NCBI GenBank assembly: GCA_003693705.1
Contig: RBZT01000312.1
Span: 1 to 64,000, forward strand
Reading direction: 5' to 3'
Source of the DNA: Polymyxa betae A26-41
Lineage: Eukaryota; Protista; Endomyxa: Phytomyxea
DNA length: 64,000 nucleotides
Shown: positions 63,401-64,000 of the stretch, piece after piece
Numbering within the stretch: position 1 is the stretch's first letter
Layout: each line of letters starts with the position of its first letter
Program-made: the position numbers and the translations under genes
The notes under the pieces: model-generated
What the model was told of the DNA's origin: nothing
Databases searched by the model: none
The model's input: only the letters and a program-made list of their open reading frames with translations

Positions 63401-64000
63401 GTTCGTACAACCTTCTATTTCATATTGGGTTGCTAGGTCATGATATCTGACATGTTGCCTTCAGGTAAACATTGCCGATCAAATAACAGACGAAACAGTA
63501 GATTCCGATCATGTAGCTCAACGCGGAACATCGCATGCCCGAATCGAGACCGAATCAATTCAACGCCGTGTGCTTGAAACGATGAACATTAATGAACGCA
63601 TGCGAATGTGGTTAAACCAGGACCCGGACCGGGACGATGTCTCTCAGGCGTTGCCGGAGCCACTCCTATCCAACGTTAATGGTCATGATCGTCCAAATAA
63701 CGGCCCCATATTGAGTGCACCGCCACCGAGTTCCGTTAATATTTCTCCCTATATTGGTATTTGAATAGATCGTAATGTCGATCTGGAGATTGATTTTTTT
63801 TCAGATGCCGTCGCGACGTTTATTCGGGAGGGAATACAGCCTTCCAATGCACGTCTTGCGACCATATTTCGATGTCGTGGTTGTGTCTGCGAGATGATAA
63901 CATTATCGTTCTGAATCCATTCGTAGAGTCATGCCGACTAATCAGGGCCTTAATCACAATCTGTTTCGAACATTATTTCCGGGCCAGGACGGCATCTCGT

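Noticed and set aside
63460-64000. Possible further exons or gene at the window end (ORF 63570-63764)
   Set aside because: Cannot tell whether it continues the PPR gene or starts a new one; no diagnostic motif.
1-64000. tRNA or rRNA genes
   Set aside because: No cloverleaf with A/B boxes or rRNA signature noticed by eye; not an exhaustive search.

Overview
Gene-dense eukaryotic nuclear DNA (roughly 45% GC, many ~45-60 nt GT-AG introns, flagellar genes, TTTAGGG-like motifs). This fits a flagellated protist, plausibly a phytomyxid/plasmodiophorid (inference only). The first ~2.45 kb is a very AT-rich, intronless, decayed fibre-like gene that looks like the end of an endogenous viral element. 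About 25 host genes follow: RBX1, CSN4, acetyl-CoA synthetase, SPEF2-like, DRC2/CCDC65, OLA1, a repeat protein, SF-assemblin, 3-ketoacyl-CoA reductase, surface proteins, RhoGAP, TOM6-like, subtilisin, UFSP2, MAK11-like, PIMT, CBP3/UQCC1, VPS13, DECR2 and a PPR-like gene. The main highlight is invisible in the ORF track until spliced by hand: a 5-exon gene (40424-41524) encoding a bacterial-type RNase P protein (RnpA) fold with a presequence-like N-terminus, apparently fused to an ATP synthase OSCP/delta N-terminal-like domain. Also notable are a reverse-order Lys9-Lys1 saccharopine dehydrogenase fusion whose junction sits on a tandem 3' splice site, and a ~285-nt rod-like folding sequence that may be an unannotated ncRNA. 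All homology calls come from motif recognition by eye; no searches were run.
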